Shown here piece after piece: positions 17,818 to 26,251 of a stretch of DNA of 32,000 nucleotides. The DNA comes from Alkalilimnicola ehrlichii MLHE-1. GTDB taxonomy: Bacteria; Pseudomonadota; Gammaproteobacteria; Nitrococcales; Halorhodospiraceae. Every line of letters starts with the position of its first letter. Within the stretch, counting starts at the first letter, position 1. Both the position numbers and the translations under genes were made by a program. The DNA lies in NCBI RefSeq assembly GCF_000014785.1, contig NC_008340.1, forward strand, positions 120,001-152,000, read 5' to 3'. The notes below the pieces were generated by a model that was not told the origin of the DNA, ran no database searches, and worked only from the letters and a program-made list of their open reading frames with translations.

Positions 17818-18822
17818 ATGATCTACCATTTCATCGCCAACCCGGAGATCGTCGACTTCTTCCGCGATACTGCGGGCCACGAGGCTGGCGCCTGCATTGA
17901 CTCGGAGCATCAGCGGTTTACCAACAGTGCGTGGGCATGGATCGCCCAAACGGCGGTGTTGCTGCGGGATGCCGGCCTGCCGGTCTCCATGGGGCCGGAA
18001 CTGCGCCCCGATGCCGTGAACCTGGGTCTGGCGGCCGACCTACGCCGTCTACCCCGGACCGCCGACTGCTTCCGGGTCAGCATCGATGCCGACCAACTGC
18101 GGGCGAGGTGGTCGAATGCCTTCATTGTTCAGAATAAGGCCCAAGCCGGAAGGCGGGCGTACTGGGTGCCCCACTGGCCTCAGCCTGGTCTGCTGAAGCG
18201 GGACCCTGACCGGCAGGGCTTTAAGAACGTGGTGTTTTTCGGGCTGGCAAGGAATCTGGAGCATGAGGAAGCATGGTGGCGGGAGGTTTGCGGCCAATTT
18301 GGCATGCAGTTCTCCGTGCGCCCACCCGCGCAATGGCATGATTATAGGGACGTGGATGTGGCGATCGGCGTAAGGCGATTCGGGAGAAAGAAGTTTAATA
18401 ATAAGCCGCCAACAAAGCTCTTTAACGCCTGGATCGCTGGCTGCGTTTTTATTGGTGGGGCAGACTCTGCCTACTATCAGGTGGGGTCGGCAGGGAAGGA
18501 CTATTTGATTGCTGCAAACGAACGAGCGTTCACGTATCACCTCAAGGCCCTTTCGCAAAGTCCTCAATTGGGTGATCAAATGATATTGGAGGGTGGCAGG
18601 AAAGTGAATCGGTTAGGACTCAGGGAAAGGACGTGCCATCACTGGATGGAGTTGCTTACTAGAGAGATTGGGCCTGAGTTCGAAAGGTGGTCTGAAACCT
18701 CCGAGCCATTTCGTCATCTTCAATTGAGAGCTGGCTTGGTGATGGATGGAGGGGTTCGGTTCCGTAATCGCTGTTGGCGGCGGGCGAAGGACTTTTGCAA
18801 TAGGGCTGCTTTTTGGTCATAA
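17818..18822 (+). CDS. glycosyltransferase-like protein (GT-B like, uncertain)
   Basis: AYWVPHWPQPGLLKRD...KNVVFFGLARNLEHEEAWW...IGVRRF...NNKPPTKLFNAWIAGCVFIGGADSAYYQVGSAGKDYL resembles GT-B C-terminal donor-site region (PTKLFNAWIAG). Confidence 0.55.
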   Translation: MIYHFIANPEIVDFFRDTAGHEAGACIDSEHQRFTNSAWAWIAQTAVLLRDAGLPVSMGPELRPDAVNLGLAADLRRLPRTADCFRVSIDADQLRARWSNAFIVQNKAQAGRRAYWVPHWPQPGLLKRDPDRQGFKNVVFFGLARNLEHEEAWWREVCGQFGMQFSVRPPAQWHDYRDVDVAIGVRRFGRKKFNNKPPTKLFNAWIAGCVFIGGADSAYYQVGSAGKDYLIAANERAFTYHLKALSQSPQLGDQMILEGGRKVNRLGLRERTCHHWMELLTREIGPEFERWSETSEPFRHLQLRAGLVMDGGVRFRNRCWRRAKDFCNRAAFWS

Positions 18823-18878
18823 AACATATGAATAGCCCTAGGGCCTGGGGCTCGAGAATGATAATTCGGGGGCAGTGA

Positions 18879-19748
18879 ATGACTATCTACTACGACCATT
18901 GTAGAAGTTTCGAAGGTAATAACGCGCCTTTACTGGCATGTGTGACTCCGCTTATACACCCCGATGTGGCCCGGAGTTGGCCATCTGTTTGTGCCCGCCT
19001 CCGTGAGACTGCCGCTTCCGTCCTCTCATCTGATAGCCCAGCCACCCCCATTCGAATGTTTGTCGGTTGTAACTACGAAGCGGAGGTGTCAGACCTTCCA
19101 TCAGGTGTAAAACTTATGCGTTTGCCTCTGCCAGCACCGGACGCGTCAGTTTATGCTAGCACAGGTGATCAGGAGGCAGTGCGACTAGAGTCGGTGAGGT
19201 TGGATAAGGGGGAAAAAGTACTGGCAGCAGCCCGCGAAGCCCGTGATGAAGGCGCTGAATACATTATGTTTCTTGATGCTGATGACCTTTTAAGTAATAG
19301 AATTATAGGGTGGGTTGCCGCGCATCGTGGGGCCCCGGGTTGGGTGATCGACAAGGGTTGGTTGCACCGGCCTAATAGTCCATTTATATATCAACAAGAT
19401 AGGTTTAATAGAGTTTGTGGGAGCTGCCACATTGTGAGAACAGATCTGATACCAGGGCTATCTTCTAAAGCGGAGATGACGGAGGATGAGATAAAGAAGT
19501 ATTTCGGAAGCCACCTACATCTAGCAGACAGGCTATCTTTTGAGGGCCACCATCTAGAAAAGCTTCCTTTCCGTGGTGCTGTCTACCGAGTAGGCCATGG
19601 AAATAATATTTCACGCCGTAAACGCGCCATAGAGTTTTGGGCCCTTCGACGGCATCCTAGCCTTTTTCTCAAGAGAGTAGTAGGGTTTCGACGCCTCTCG
19701 GCTAAATTAATAGAAGAGTTTTCGGTTCCCCCTATAAGTCGGCATTAG
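18879..19748 (+). CDS. GT-A-like glycosyltransferase / hypothetical
   Basis: VLAAAREARDEGAEYIMFLDADDLLSNRIIGWVAAH...WVIDKGWLHR: DADD metal-binding type motif. Confidence 0.55.
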   Translation: MTIYYDHCRSFEGNNAPLLACVTPLIHPDVARSWPSVCARLRETAASVLSSDSPATPIRMFVGCNYEAEVSDLPSGVKLMRLPLPAPDASVYASTGDQEAVRLESVRLDKGEKVLAAAREARDEGAEYIMFLDADDLLSNRIIGWVAAHRGAPGWVIDKGWLHRPNSPFIYQQDRFNRVCGSCHIVRTDLIPGLSSKAEMTEDEIKKYFGSHLHLADRLSFEGHHLEKLPFRGAVYRVGHGNNISRRKRAIEFWALRRHPSLFLKRVVGFRRLSAKLIEEFSVPPISRH

Positions 19749-19752
19749 GTTT

Positions 19753-20505
19753 CTAATTGACATTATATCCATATCGCTGTGCCAGCTTTATTACTTCATC
19801 CGGGGGCGGTGTGTATGATGGCGCTCTGTGCGCATAGCCCAGTTTTTTATTAGATTTTGGCCCGGGCTCTATTAAGGTATCCGAGATGCCTAGGTGCTCG
19901 ATGACTGTTGGCCAGCAAGTGTCCAAGTCTTCTAGGCGAACTCTAAGATACGGAAGTCTGGCAGCGTTTGCATTAACTTCAATAAGCTTGTTCCACTCGG
20001 CCCAATACCACCAGAGCCTTTCGGCTTCATGCCGATAGGTCCAACAATTGGTATGGGTTTTTAAGAATGCACGATGTTGAAATACATATCTACAACGCCG
20101 GTAAAGCCTCCGAGGGCTAAATCCTAAGTCCTTGATGTAAGTGTATAGGTTTTTCCCATGGGTGGCGTGGACGAGGGGGTTACCACAAAATAATCCAATA
20201 CGACCAAAAGAAGCCACCACGTCTGCGGGATAACGAACCACATGCAAAACAGGTGTGTTGGCCGGGAGCCGGTTTAGAAAGGGGGCTGCATACCATGAAG
20301 ATTCTCCGAAGTCCCCTCGCTCTTTTGGTTTAGGGCCAAAAACAGTAAACTGCTCTTCGTGCTTGCACGCGATCCCAGCTGCGTTTAAGCGATCTGAAAT
20401 GTATTGCGTTCCGGACCGGCCGCAGCCCGTGATCAAGTATCGAATATGAATCAAACCATTGTCCTTTCTTGTCGTGGGCATAGTTGTTGTTTCTGAGCTC
20501 GGCAT
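19753..20505 (-). CDS. sulfotransferase family protein
   Basis: P-loop-like PAPS-binding IRYLITGCGRSGTQYISDRLNAAG; PVLHVVRYPADVVASF; late RVRLEDL. Confidence 0.82.
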   Translation of the reverse strand: MPSSETTTMPTTRKDNGLIHIRYLITGCGRSGTQYISDRLNAAGIACKHEEQFTVFGPKPKERGDFGESSWYAAPFLNRLPANTPVLHVVRYPADVVASFGRIGLFCGNPLVHATHGKNLYTYIKDLGFSPRRLYRRCRYVFQHRAFLKTHTNCWTYRHEAERLWWYWAEWNKLIEVNANAARLPYLRVRLEDLDTCWPTVIEHLGISDTLIEPGPKSNKKLGYAHRAPSYTPPPDEVIKLAQRYGYNVN

Positions 20506-20830
20506 AAGGGTTGTATATTGGGTGGTGCGGTGGCTTTAGGTCTTCCCATGGCTTCCAGTGGCGATGAGCCTGTCTTCCTGTTGCAACTAGCGGAACAAGT
20601 AGTGTTGCTGCCAGCAACCAAGTGACGGGTTCACATGGGGTTATCTCATAGAGCGTGCGTGAAATGCTGGGTTTTAAAGAAGTAAGGGTAGCTGTTCGGC
20701 CGAAGTTTGCATGTCTGGTCGGATGCCTTTGCGAAGTCTGAACTATGATTCTGTAAGTTAAGGTCCACGCTAGCCAGACTAGACGCAAACCAACCGCTAT
20801 GAGGGCGAGAAGGAGAGAGTCGGGCCACCT

Positions 20831-22432
20831 ATGGCTATACCAATTTTGCTTCACGAGACCCTGCTGAGCAGCGCGGGGCGGGCCCCTTCATCACCGGCGG
20901 TCAGCTACCGGGATTCTTCACACGACTATGACACCCTTGCCACTGCCTGCCAAAGCGTGGCCGCAGCGCTGCGCGAATGCGGCCTGCTGCGTCAGGAGCG
21001 GGTGGCCGTCTACCTCGACAAGCGACCCGAGACGGTGCAGGCCTTGTTCGGTGCGGCAATGGCCGGAGGGGTCTTCGTCCCCGTCAATCCGCTGCTGAAG
21101 GCTGACCAGGTCGCCTACATCCTGCGCGACTGCAATGTCCGTATCCTGGTGACCACCGCTGACCGGCTCAAGGCGATCCGCCAGGCGCTGGTCCAGTGCC
21201 CCGACCTGCACACCGTCCTGGTCGTGGGCCGTTCGGACACCCTCGGCGAAGAGGAGCCTCCCTACCGGGTCCACGACTGGTACGACGTGGTCTCTACAGC
21301 AGGGCCGGCTCGGCCGCATCGCGTGATCGACAGCGACATGGCCGCCATCCTCTATACCTCCGGCAGTACCGGTCAGCCCAAGGGGGTGGTGCTCTCCCAC
21401 CGCAATATGGTTGCCGGTGCCCAGAGCGTGGCCAGCTACCTGGACAACCGGCCCGAGGACCACCTGCTGGCCGCACTGCCTTTCAGCTTCGATTACGGCC
21501 TCAGCCAGCTCACGACGGCCTTCTTGACCGGTGCGCAGGTGTCGCTGCTGAACTACCTGCTGCCGCGGGATGTGATCAGAGCGGTGGAAAAGCAGGGAAT
21601 CACCGGCCTGGCGGCGGTCCCCCCATTGTGGATCCAGTTAGCACAGCTGGAGTGGCCGGACGCGGCGCGCAAGACCCTGCGCTACGTGACCAATTCCGGC
21701 GGTGCCATGCCCCTGAAGACCTTGGAGGCGCTCCGGGCGCAACTGCCCGCTACCCGCTTCTACCTGATGTACGGGCTCACCGAGGCCTTCCGCTCGACGT
21801 ACCTGCCGCCGGAGGAGGTGGACCGACGGCCCGATTCCATGGGCAAGGCCATCCCCAATGCAGAGATCAGGGTGGTGCGTGAGGACGGCTCCCCGTGCGC
21901 CCCCGGCGAGCCGGGCGAGCTGGTGCACCGGGGGGCGTTGGTGGCCATGGGCTACTGGAACGACCCGGAACGGACCGCGCAGCGCTTCCGTCCGGCGCCG
22001 GGCCAGCCGGGCGGCTTGCCGCAAAAGGAATTGGCGGTCTGGTCGGGCGATACCGTACGCATGGACGAGGAGGGGTTTCTCTACTTCATCGGTCGACGCG
22101 ATGAGATGATCAAGACCTCGGGTTATCGGGTGAGCCCGAACGAGGTGGAGGAAGCCGTCTATGGCACCGGGCTTGTCGCCGAGGCCGCCGCGCTCGGGGT
22201 GCCGCACCCGGTGCTGGGGCACGGCATCGTTTTGGTCGTGTTGCCGCGCTCCACCGGCGTGACCGCGGAGGAGCTTTTGAATGCCCTGCGGCCCCGGGTA
22301 CCGGCATTCATGTTGCCCGCTCACGTGGAGCTTCGGCAACAACCCCTGCCGCGTAACGCCAATGGCAAGATCGACCGCAAGGGGCTATCCACCGACTTCA
22401 CCGACCTGTTTCAGGAGAACGCTGCACCGTGA
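20831..22432 (+). CDS. AMP-forming acyl-CoA ligase, exosortase A system-associated type
   Basis: MAAILYTSGSTGQPKGVVLSHRN, YLMYGLTEAFRSTYLPPEEVDRRPDSMGKAIPNAEIRV, SGDTVRMDEEGFLYFIGRRDEMIKTSGYRVSPNEVEEAVY. Confidence 0.92.
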   Translation: MAIPILLHETLLSSAGRAPSSPAVSYRDSSHDYDTLATACQSVAAALRECGLLRQERVAVYLDKRPETVQALFGAAMAGGVFVPVNPLLKADQVAYILRDCNVRILVTTADRLKAIRQALVQCPDLHTVLVVGRSDTLGEEEPPYRVHDWYDVVSTAGPARPHRVIDSDMAAILYTSGSTGQPKGVVLSHRNMVAGAQSVASYLDNRPEDHLLAALPFSFDYGLSQLTTAFLTGAQVSLLNYLLPRDVIRAVEKQGITGLAAVPPLWIQLAQLEWPDAARKTLRYVTNSGGAMPLKTLEALRAQLPATRFYLMYGLTEAFRSTYLPPEEVDRRPDSMGKAIPNAEIRVVREDGSPCAPGEPGELVHRGALVAMGYWNDPERTAQRFRPAPGQPGGLPQKELAVWSGDTVRMDEEGFLYFIGRRDEMIKTSGYRVSPNEVEEAVYGTGLVAEAAALGVPHPVLGHGIVLVVLPRSTGVTAEELLNALRPRVPAFMLPAHVELRQQPLPRNANGKIDRKGLSTDFTDLFQENAAP

Positions 22433-23664
22433 ATGGACAACGCCCTTGCCATGCGCCCATGGACCAGTTCGAGGTTGCCGACGGCATGCTGCAGGTGGGT
22501 GGCCGCCCGCTCTCCGATCTGGTGCAGCAGGCCGGCGGTACGCCCTTCTACGCCTACGACCGTCGCCTGATGACCCGGCGTGTCGCGGCGTTGCGCCAGA
22601 CCCTGCCAGAGGGGATTGCGCTTCACTACGCGATCAAGGCCAACCCCATGCCTGCCGTGGTCCAGCATATGGCCGGCCAGGTTGACGGTCTCGATGTGGC
22701 CTCGGCGGGGGAGTTGCGGGTGGCGTTGGATGCCGGGGTGTCCGCGGCGGATATCAGCTTCGCCGGCCCCGGTAAGACGGACGATGAACTGGCCGCGGCC
22801 GTAGCCGCGGGTATCACCATCAACCTGGAGTCGGCCACCGAGCTGGAGCGGCTGGCCGCCATCGCGGAGAAGATCGGTCACCGACCCCATGTGGCGGTGC
22901 GGGTGAATCCCGACTTCGAGCTCAAGACCTCCGGGATGAAGATGAGCGGCGGGGCCAAGCCGTTCGGCGTGGATGCGGAGGCGGTGCCGGCGTTGCTCAA
23001 ACGCATTGCGGCGCTGGATGTGCATTTTCGCGGTTTTCACATCTTTTCCGGGTCACAGAATCTGCGGGCCGAGGCCCTGGTGGAGGCCCAGGGCCTGACC
23101 CTGGACCTGGCGCTCCGGCTGGCGGACGATGCGCCCGGCCCGGTGGAGATGCTGAATATCGGCGGTGGCTTTGGCATCCCCTATTTCCCGGGCGACCGCC
23201 GGCTGGATCTGGCGCCGGTCAGTGAGCAGCTTGAAGCGCGGCTCCCGGCGGTGCGGGAGCGCCTCCCGGGGGTGGAGATCATCCTGGAGCTGGGGCGTTA
23301 CCTGGTCGGCGAGGCCGGCATCTACGTGGCGAAGGTAGTGGACCGCAAGGTCTCCCGCGGCCGCACATTCCTGGTCACCAACGGGGGGTTGCATCACCAT
23401 CTGGCGGCATCCGGCAACTTCGGCCAGGTCATCCGCAAGAACTACCCGGTCGCCGTCGGCAATCGCATGGATGCCAGCGCCAGCGAGACAGTGGATGTGG
23501 TGGGGCCGTTGTGCACGCCGTTGGATATCCTCGCCCAGCAGGTGGACCTGCCGCCGGCGCAGCCCGGTGACTGGATCGTGGTGTACCAGTCCGGTGCCTA
23601 CGGTTACACCGCGAGCCCGACGCGGTTCCTGGGGCATCCGGAACCGCTGGAGTTGCTCGTTTGA
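22429..23664 (+). CDS. PLP-dependent decarboxylase (DAP/ornithine type III fold), exosortase A system-associated type
   Basis: GTG start overlapping ligase stop (GTGA). FYAYDRRLMTRRVAAL, LHYAIKANPMPAV (PLP lysine), HIFSGSQNL, LNIGGGFGIPYF, EPGRYL-like LELGRYLVGEAG. Confidence 0.92.
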   Translation: MNGQRPCHAPMDQFEVADGMLQVGGRPLSDLVQQAGGTPFYAYDRRLMTRRVAALRQTLPEGIALHYAIKANPMPAVVQHMAGQVDGLDVASAGELRVALDAGVSAADISFAGPGKTDDELAAAVAAGITINLESATELERLAAIAEKIGHRPHVAVRVNPDFELKTSGMKMSGGAKPFGVDAEAVPALLKRIAALDVHFRGFHIFSGSQNLRAEALVEAQGLTLDLALRLADDAPGPVEMLNIGGGFGIPYFPGDRRLDLAPVSEQLEARLPAVRERLPGVEIILELGRYLVGEAGIYVAKVVDRKVSRGRTFLVTNGGLHHHLAASGNFGQVIRKNYPVAVGNRMDASASETVDVVGPLCTPLDILAQQVDLPPAQPGDWIVVYQSGAYGYTASPTRFLGHPEPLELLV

Positions 23665-23734
23665 GTAAGGGGGCAAGCCGTCTTGGGGGGGGGGAGGGGC
23701 GTGTAATTAAAATAGTAATAGAGTGGATGTGGAG

Positions 23735-23852
23735 TACTGCCGCCTATCGAATGCCGAAGCATTCGCAGTATGCGGAGAAGTAGGCTATTTAATTTAAAGA
23801 TACGGGTTTCGTCCGTCGGCTAGCCGGCGATGCACAAAGGGTCTCTCGAGAG
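23735..23852 (+). promoter_or_regulatory. Cluster of palindromic/hairpin elements in the leader of the ATP-grasp gene
   Basis: CGAATGC-CGAA-GCATTCG (23748-23765) nested inside TACTGC (23735-23740)/GCAGTA (23765-23770); CGGCTAGCCG (23817-23826); CTCTCGAGAG (23843-23852). Confidence 0.45.
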
Positions 23853-23902
23853 ATCCAAAGGGCCGGTTATATGATTAATGCTTGGGTCATGAGGGTGTGT
23901 TG

Positions 23903-25096
23903 GTGAGGGATAAGACAGTCTTGATACTTGGTTGCTTTCCTAGGATTTCTGTTCCTATAGCGCAGTGCCTAAAAAATCATGGGTTTGATGTCTATGTCGG
24001 TGATATTGGCAGCAATCCACGCAATCTATACTCAAATTATATTGATGGATTATTTAAGTTTTCTTCTCCAGAAAGAAGTGGCGACTGTTTTCTTAGTGAG
24101 ATTGTTCGTTTTATTGATGAGTTTCAAGTTGATTTTGTTGTTCCTGTTAGTGATGGTGAGTTGAGTGCGCTTGCTAAATATGAAGATCAACTTCGGAGCA
24201 GAGCTGTGTTGCTGCTCCCAGAGGCCAGAAAAGTGCGCGCAGTTTTGGATAAGGCTGAAACTTTGAGGTTGGCGAAAAACCTTAGCATCCCTGCGCCCGA
24301 GACATTCTATGTGAGTGGAGAGGACGACCTTGACGTGGTCTGTGAAAATGCGTCGTTTCCAGTCGTTGTGAAGCCATCTGACAGGAGTGTGGCGACGCCA
24401 TTGAGGGCTCGCCATGCAAAAAATGAAGCAGATCTCAGGGCGATTTTATTGCCTCATATCGGGTCAAAAATAATGTGGCTTGTTCAAGAGTACTTGCCCG
24501 GTCAGGGGGTTGGTGTCGAAGTCCTTTTTTGGAATGGAGAGGCGCGCGTTATCTTTCAACATAGACGGTTAAAAGAGCTTCCTGTGACAGGAGGGGTAGC
24601 TGTGCGCTGTATCAGTGAGAAGCCTGATCAAAAAATGGTAGCATATGCACTATCTTTGCTTTCAGAAATTGGCTGGGAAGGACTTGCAATGGTTGAGTTT
24701 AGGCAGGACCCAGTGACTGGTAGGGTTGGGCTAATGGAGATAAATGGTAGGTGTTGGGGGTCAATTTCTCTTCCTATAAAATGCGGTATAGAATTTCCAT
24801 ACTATGCTGTAATTCTTGCCTCTGGCGAAGAAATAGAATTTCCAGAACGCTATCCTTTGGGTCAAAAAATGAGGTGGCTTTCTGGGGATTTGGAAAGGTC
24901 GCTACAGCTGCTTGCCCAAGTGCGCCATGGAGAAGCGACGCTAGGTTGTTTTTTTAGGGATGCGTCCATTTCCTTTTCTGACTTTTTTGGGGACACCAAA
25001 GATGCCCTGTGGTCGTGGAGAGACCCCTGCCCAGCCATGGAAGATTTGAGATTTTTTCTTAGGGGGTTGATTCGCAGGGTGGTAAAAAAGTTTTGA
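23903..25096 (+). CDS. ATP-grasp domain protein (CarB/carboxylate-amine ligase-like)
   Basis: Open from 23882; probable GTG at 23903 preceded by GAGGG. VLILGCFPRISVPIAQCLKNHGFDVYVGDIG; FPVVVKPSDRS; WLVQEYLPGQGVGVEVLFWNGEARVIFQHRR; GLAMVEFRQDPVTGRVGLMEINGRCWGSISLP. Confidence 0.88.
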   Translation: MRDKTVLILGCFPRISVPIAQCLKNHGFDVYVGDIGSNPRNLYSNYIDGLFKFSSPERSGDCFLSEIVRFIDEFQVDFVVPVSDGELSALAKYEDQLRSRAVLLLPEARKVRAVLDKAETLRLAKNLSIPAPETFYVSGEDDLDVVCENASFPVVVKPSDRSVATPLRARHAKNEADLRAILLPHIGSKIMWLVQEYLPGQGVGVEVLFWNGEARVIFQHRRLKELPVTGGVAVRCISEKPDQKMVAYALSLLSEIGWEGLAMVEFRQDPVTGRVGLMEINGRCWGSISLPIKCGIEFPYYAVILASGEEIEFPERYPLGQKMRWLSGDLERSLQLLAQVRHGEATLGCFFRDASISFSDFFGDTKDALWSWRDPCPAMEDLRFFLRGLIRRVVKKF

Positions 25097-25226
25097 TTAA
25101 TGTTAGGTTTTTGGTTAGTGAGTATGTCGTATATTAGTTCCTTCCTCTGCATTCGTATAGGCTTGAAAATGGCGTGGGCGCGGTGATGCGAATGTTGGCT
25201 AAAAAATATTTTGGCAGCACTGTGGA

Positions 25227-26141
25227 ATGTCAATGAGATATATTGAAAAAGGCGTAGTATTTTTATGTGATCTTGAGTCATTGGTTGGGGTTGTTAGCCA
25301 ACCTGACCAGCCTGCGGAGCTGGGTGTGATTATATTAGTAGGTGGGCCTCAGTATCGTGTAGGCGCACATAGGCAGTTTGTCCGTTTGGCCCGCTGTCTC
25401 GCCGCGAACGGTATCTCCTGCATGCGTTTCGACTACCGGGGCATGGGAGACGCCTCGGGTGCGGAGCGTGGCTATGGTCGGGTGCTGCCGGATATTGGGG
25501 CCGCGCTGGCGGCCTTTCAGGCCCAGGTGCCTCAGGTGCGGCGGGTTGTGCTCTGGGGGCTGTGTGGTGGTGCCAGCGCGGCCTGCCTGTACCGGGTGAC
25601 CGACGACCGGGTGGCAGGCCTTATCCTGGTGAACCCCTGGCTGGATGTGGAGGAGGCCCGGGCGAAGGTCCGGCTGAAGCACTACTACGCCCGCCGACTG
25701 CTCGCGGGGGATTTCTGGAAGAAGGCCCTGAGAGGCGGCCTGAGCGTCGGGGCTTCGGCAAAGGGCCTGCTGGGTACCGCCCGCGTGGCCCGTAAGGGCC
25801 ATGGCCAGCCCGCGGACGCTGTTGCGCAGACGGACGATATATACCCCGGGGACATGCTACGAGCCCTGCAGGCCGGGGGCGGGCGCAGCGCGGTATTCCT
25901 GAGTGGCCGCGACTATGTGGCCAGGACCTTCGAAGAGGCCATGGCCGGCCACCCGGCGTTTGCCGAGTTGGAACAGGCCGGGGCCGTGGAGGTGTGCCGT
26001 TTCCCATCCGCTGACCACACCTTTTCCAGCGCGGCGGCTATGCACCAGGTGGAGGAGGCGAGCCTGGAGTGGATCCAGGCTTTTCAGGGTCTGGAGCCGG
26101 AGCCGGCAACGCCGCCTGCCGCCGGCGAACAGGCCCGATGA
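25227..26141 (+). CDS. alpha/beta hydrolase, exosortase A system-associated hydrolase 1 type
   Basis: GVIILVGGPQYRVGAHRQFVRLARCLAANGISCMRFDYRGMGDASG...VVLWGLCGGASAACLYRVTDDRVAGLILVNPWL; late DYVARTF and SADHTFS. Confidence 0.9.
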   Translation: MSMRYIEKGVVFLCDLESLVGVVSQPDQPAELGVIILVGGPQYRVGAHRQFVRLARCLAANGISCMRFDYRGMGDASGAERGYGRVLPDIGAALAAFQAQVPQVRRVVLWGLCGGASAACLYRVTDDRVAGLILVNPWLDVEEARAKVRLKHYYARRLLAGDFWKKALRGGLSVGASAKGLLGTARVARKGHGQPADAVAQTDDIYPGDMLRALQAGGGRSAVFLSGRDYVARTFEEAMAGHPAFAELEQAGAVEVCRFPSADHTFSSAAAMHQVEEASLEWIQAFQGLEPEPATPPAAGEQAR

Positions 26142-26251
26142 ACGGCCAACCTCTGCGCAGTAGACGAGCGGCCTGCCGTAATGGGTTCATCGTGGTCACC
26201 CAAGTTCGACACTTCAAGCCCATTTTTCACCCCGGGGCGAGGCGTAACCTG

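Noticed and set aside
20330-20854. 174-aa minus-strand ORF with a hydrophobic N-terminus
   Set aside because: Overlaps the sulfotransferase N-terminus by ~176 bp in another frame and the start of the ligase; no convincing family. A small membrane protein cannot be fully excluded.
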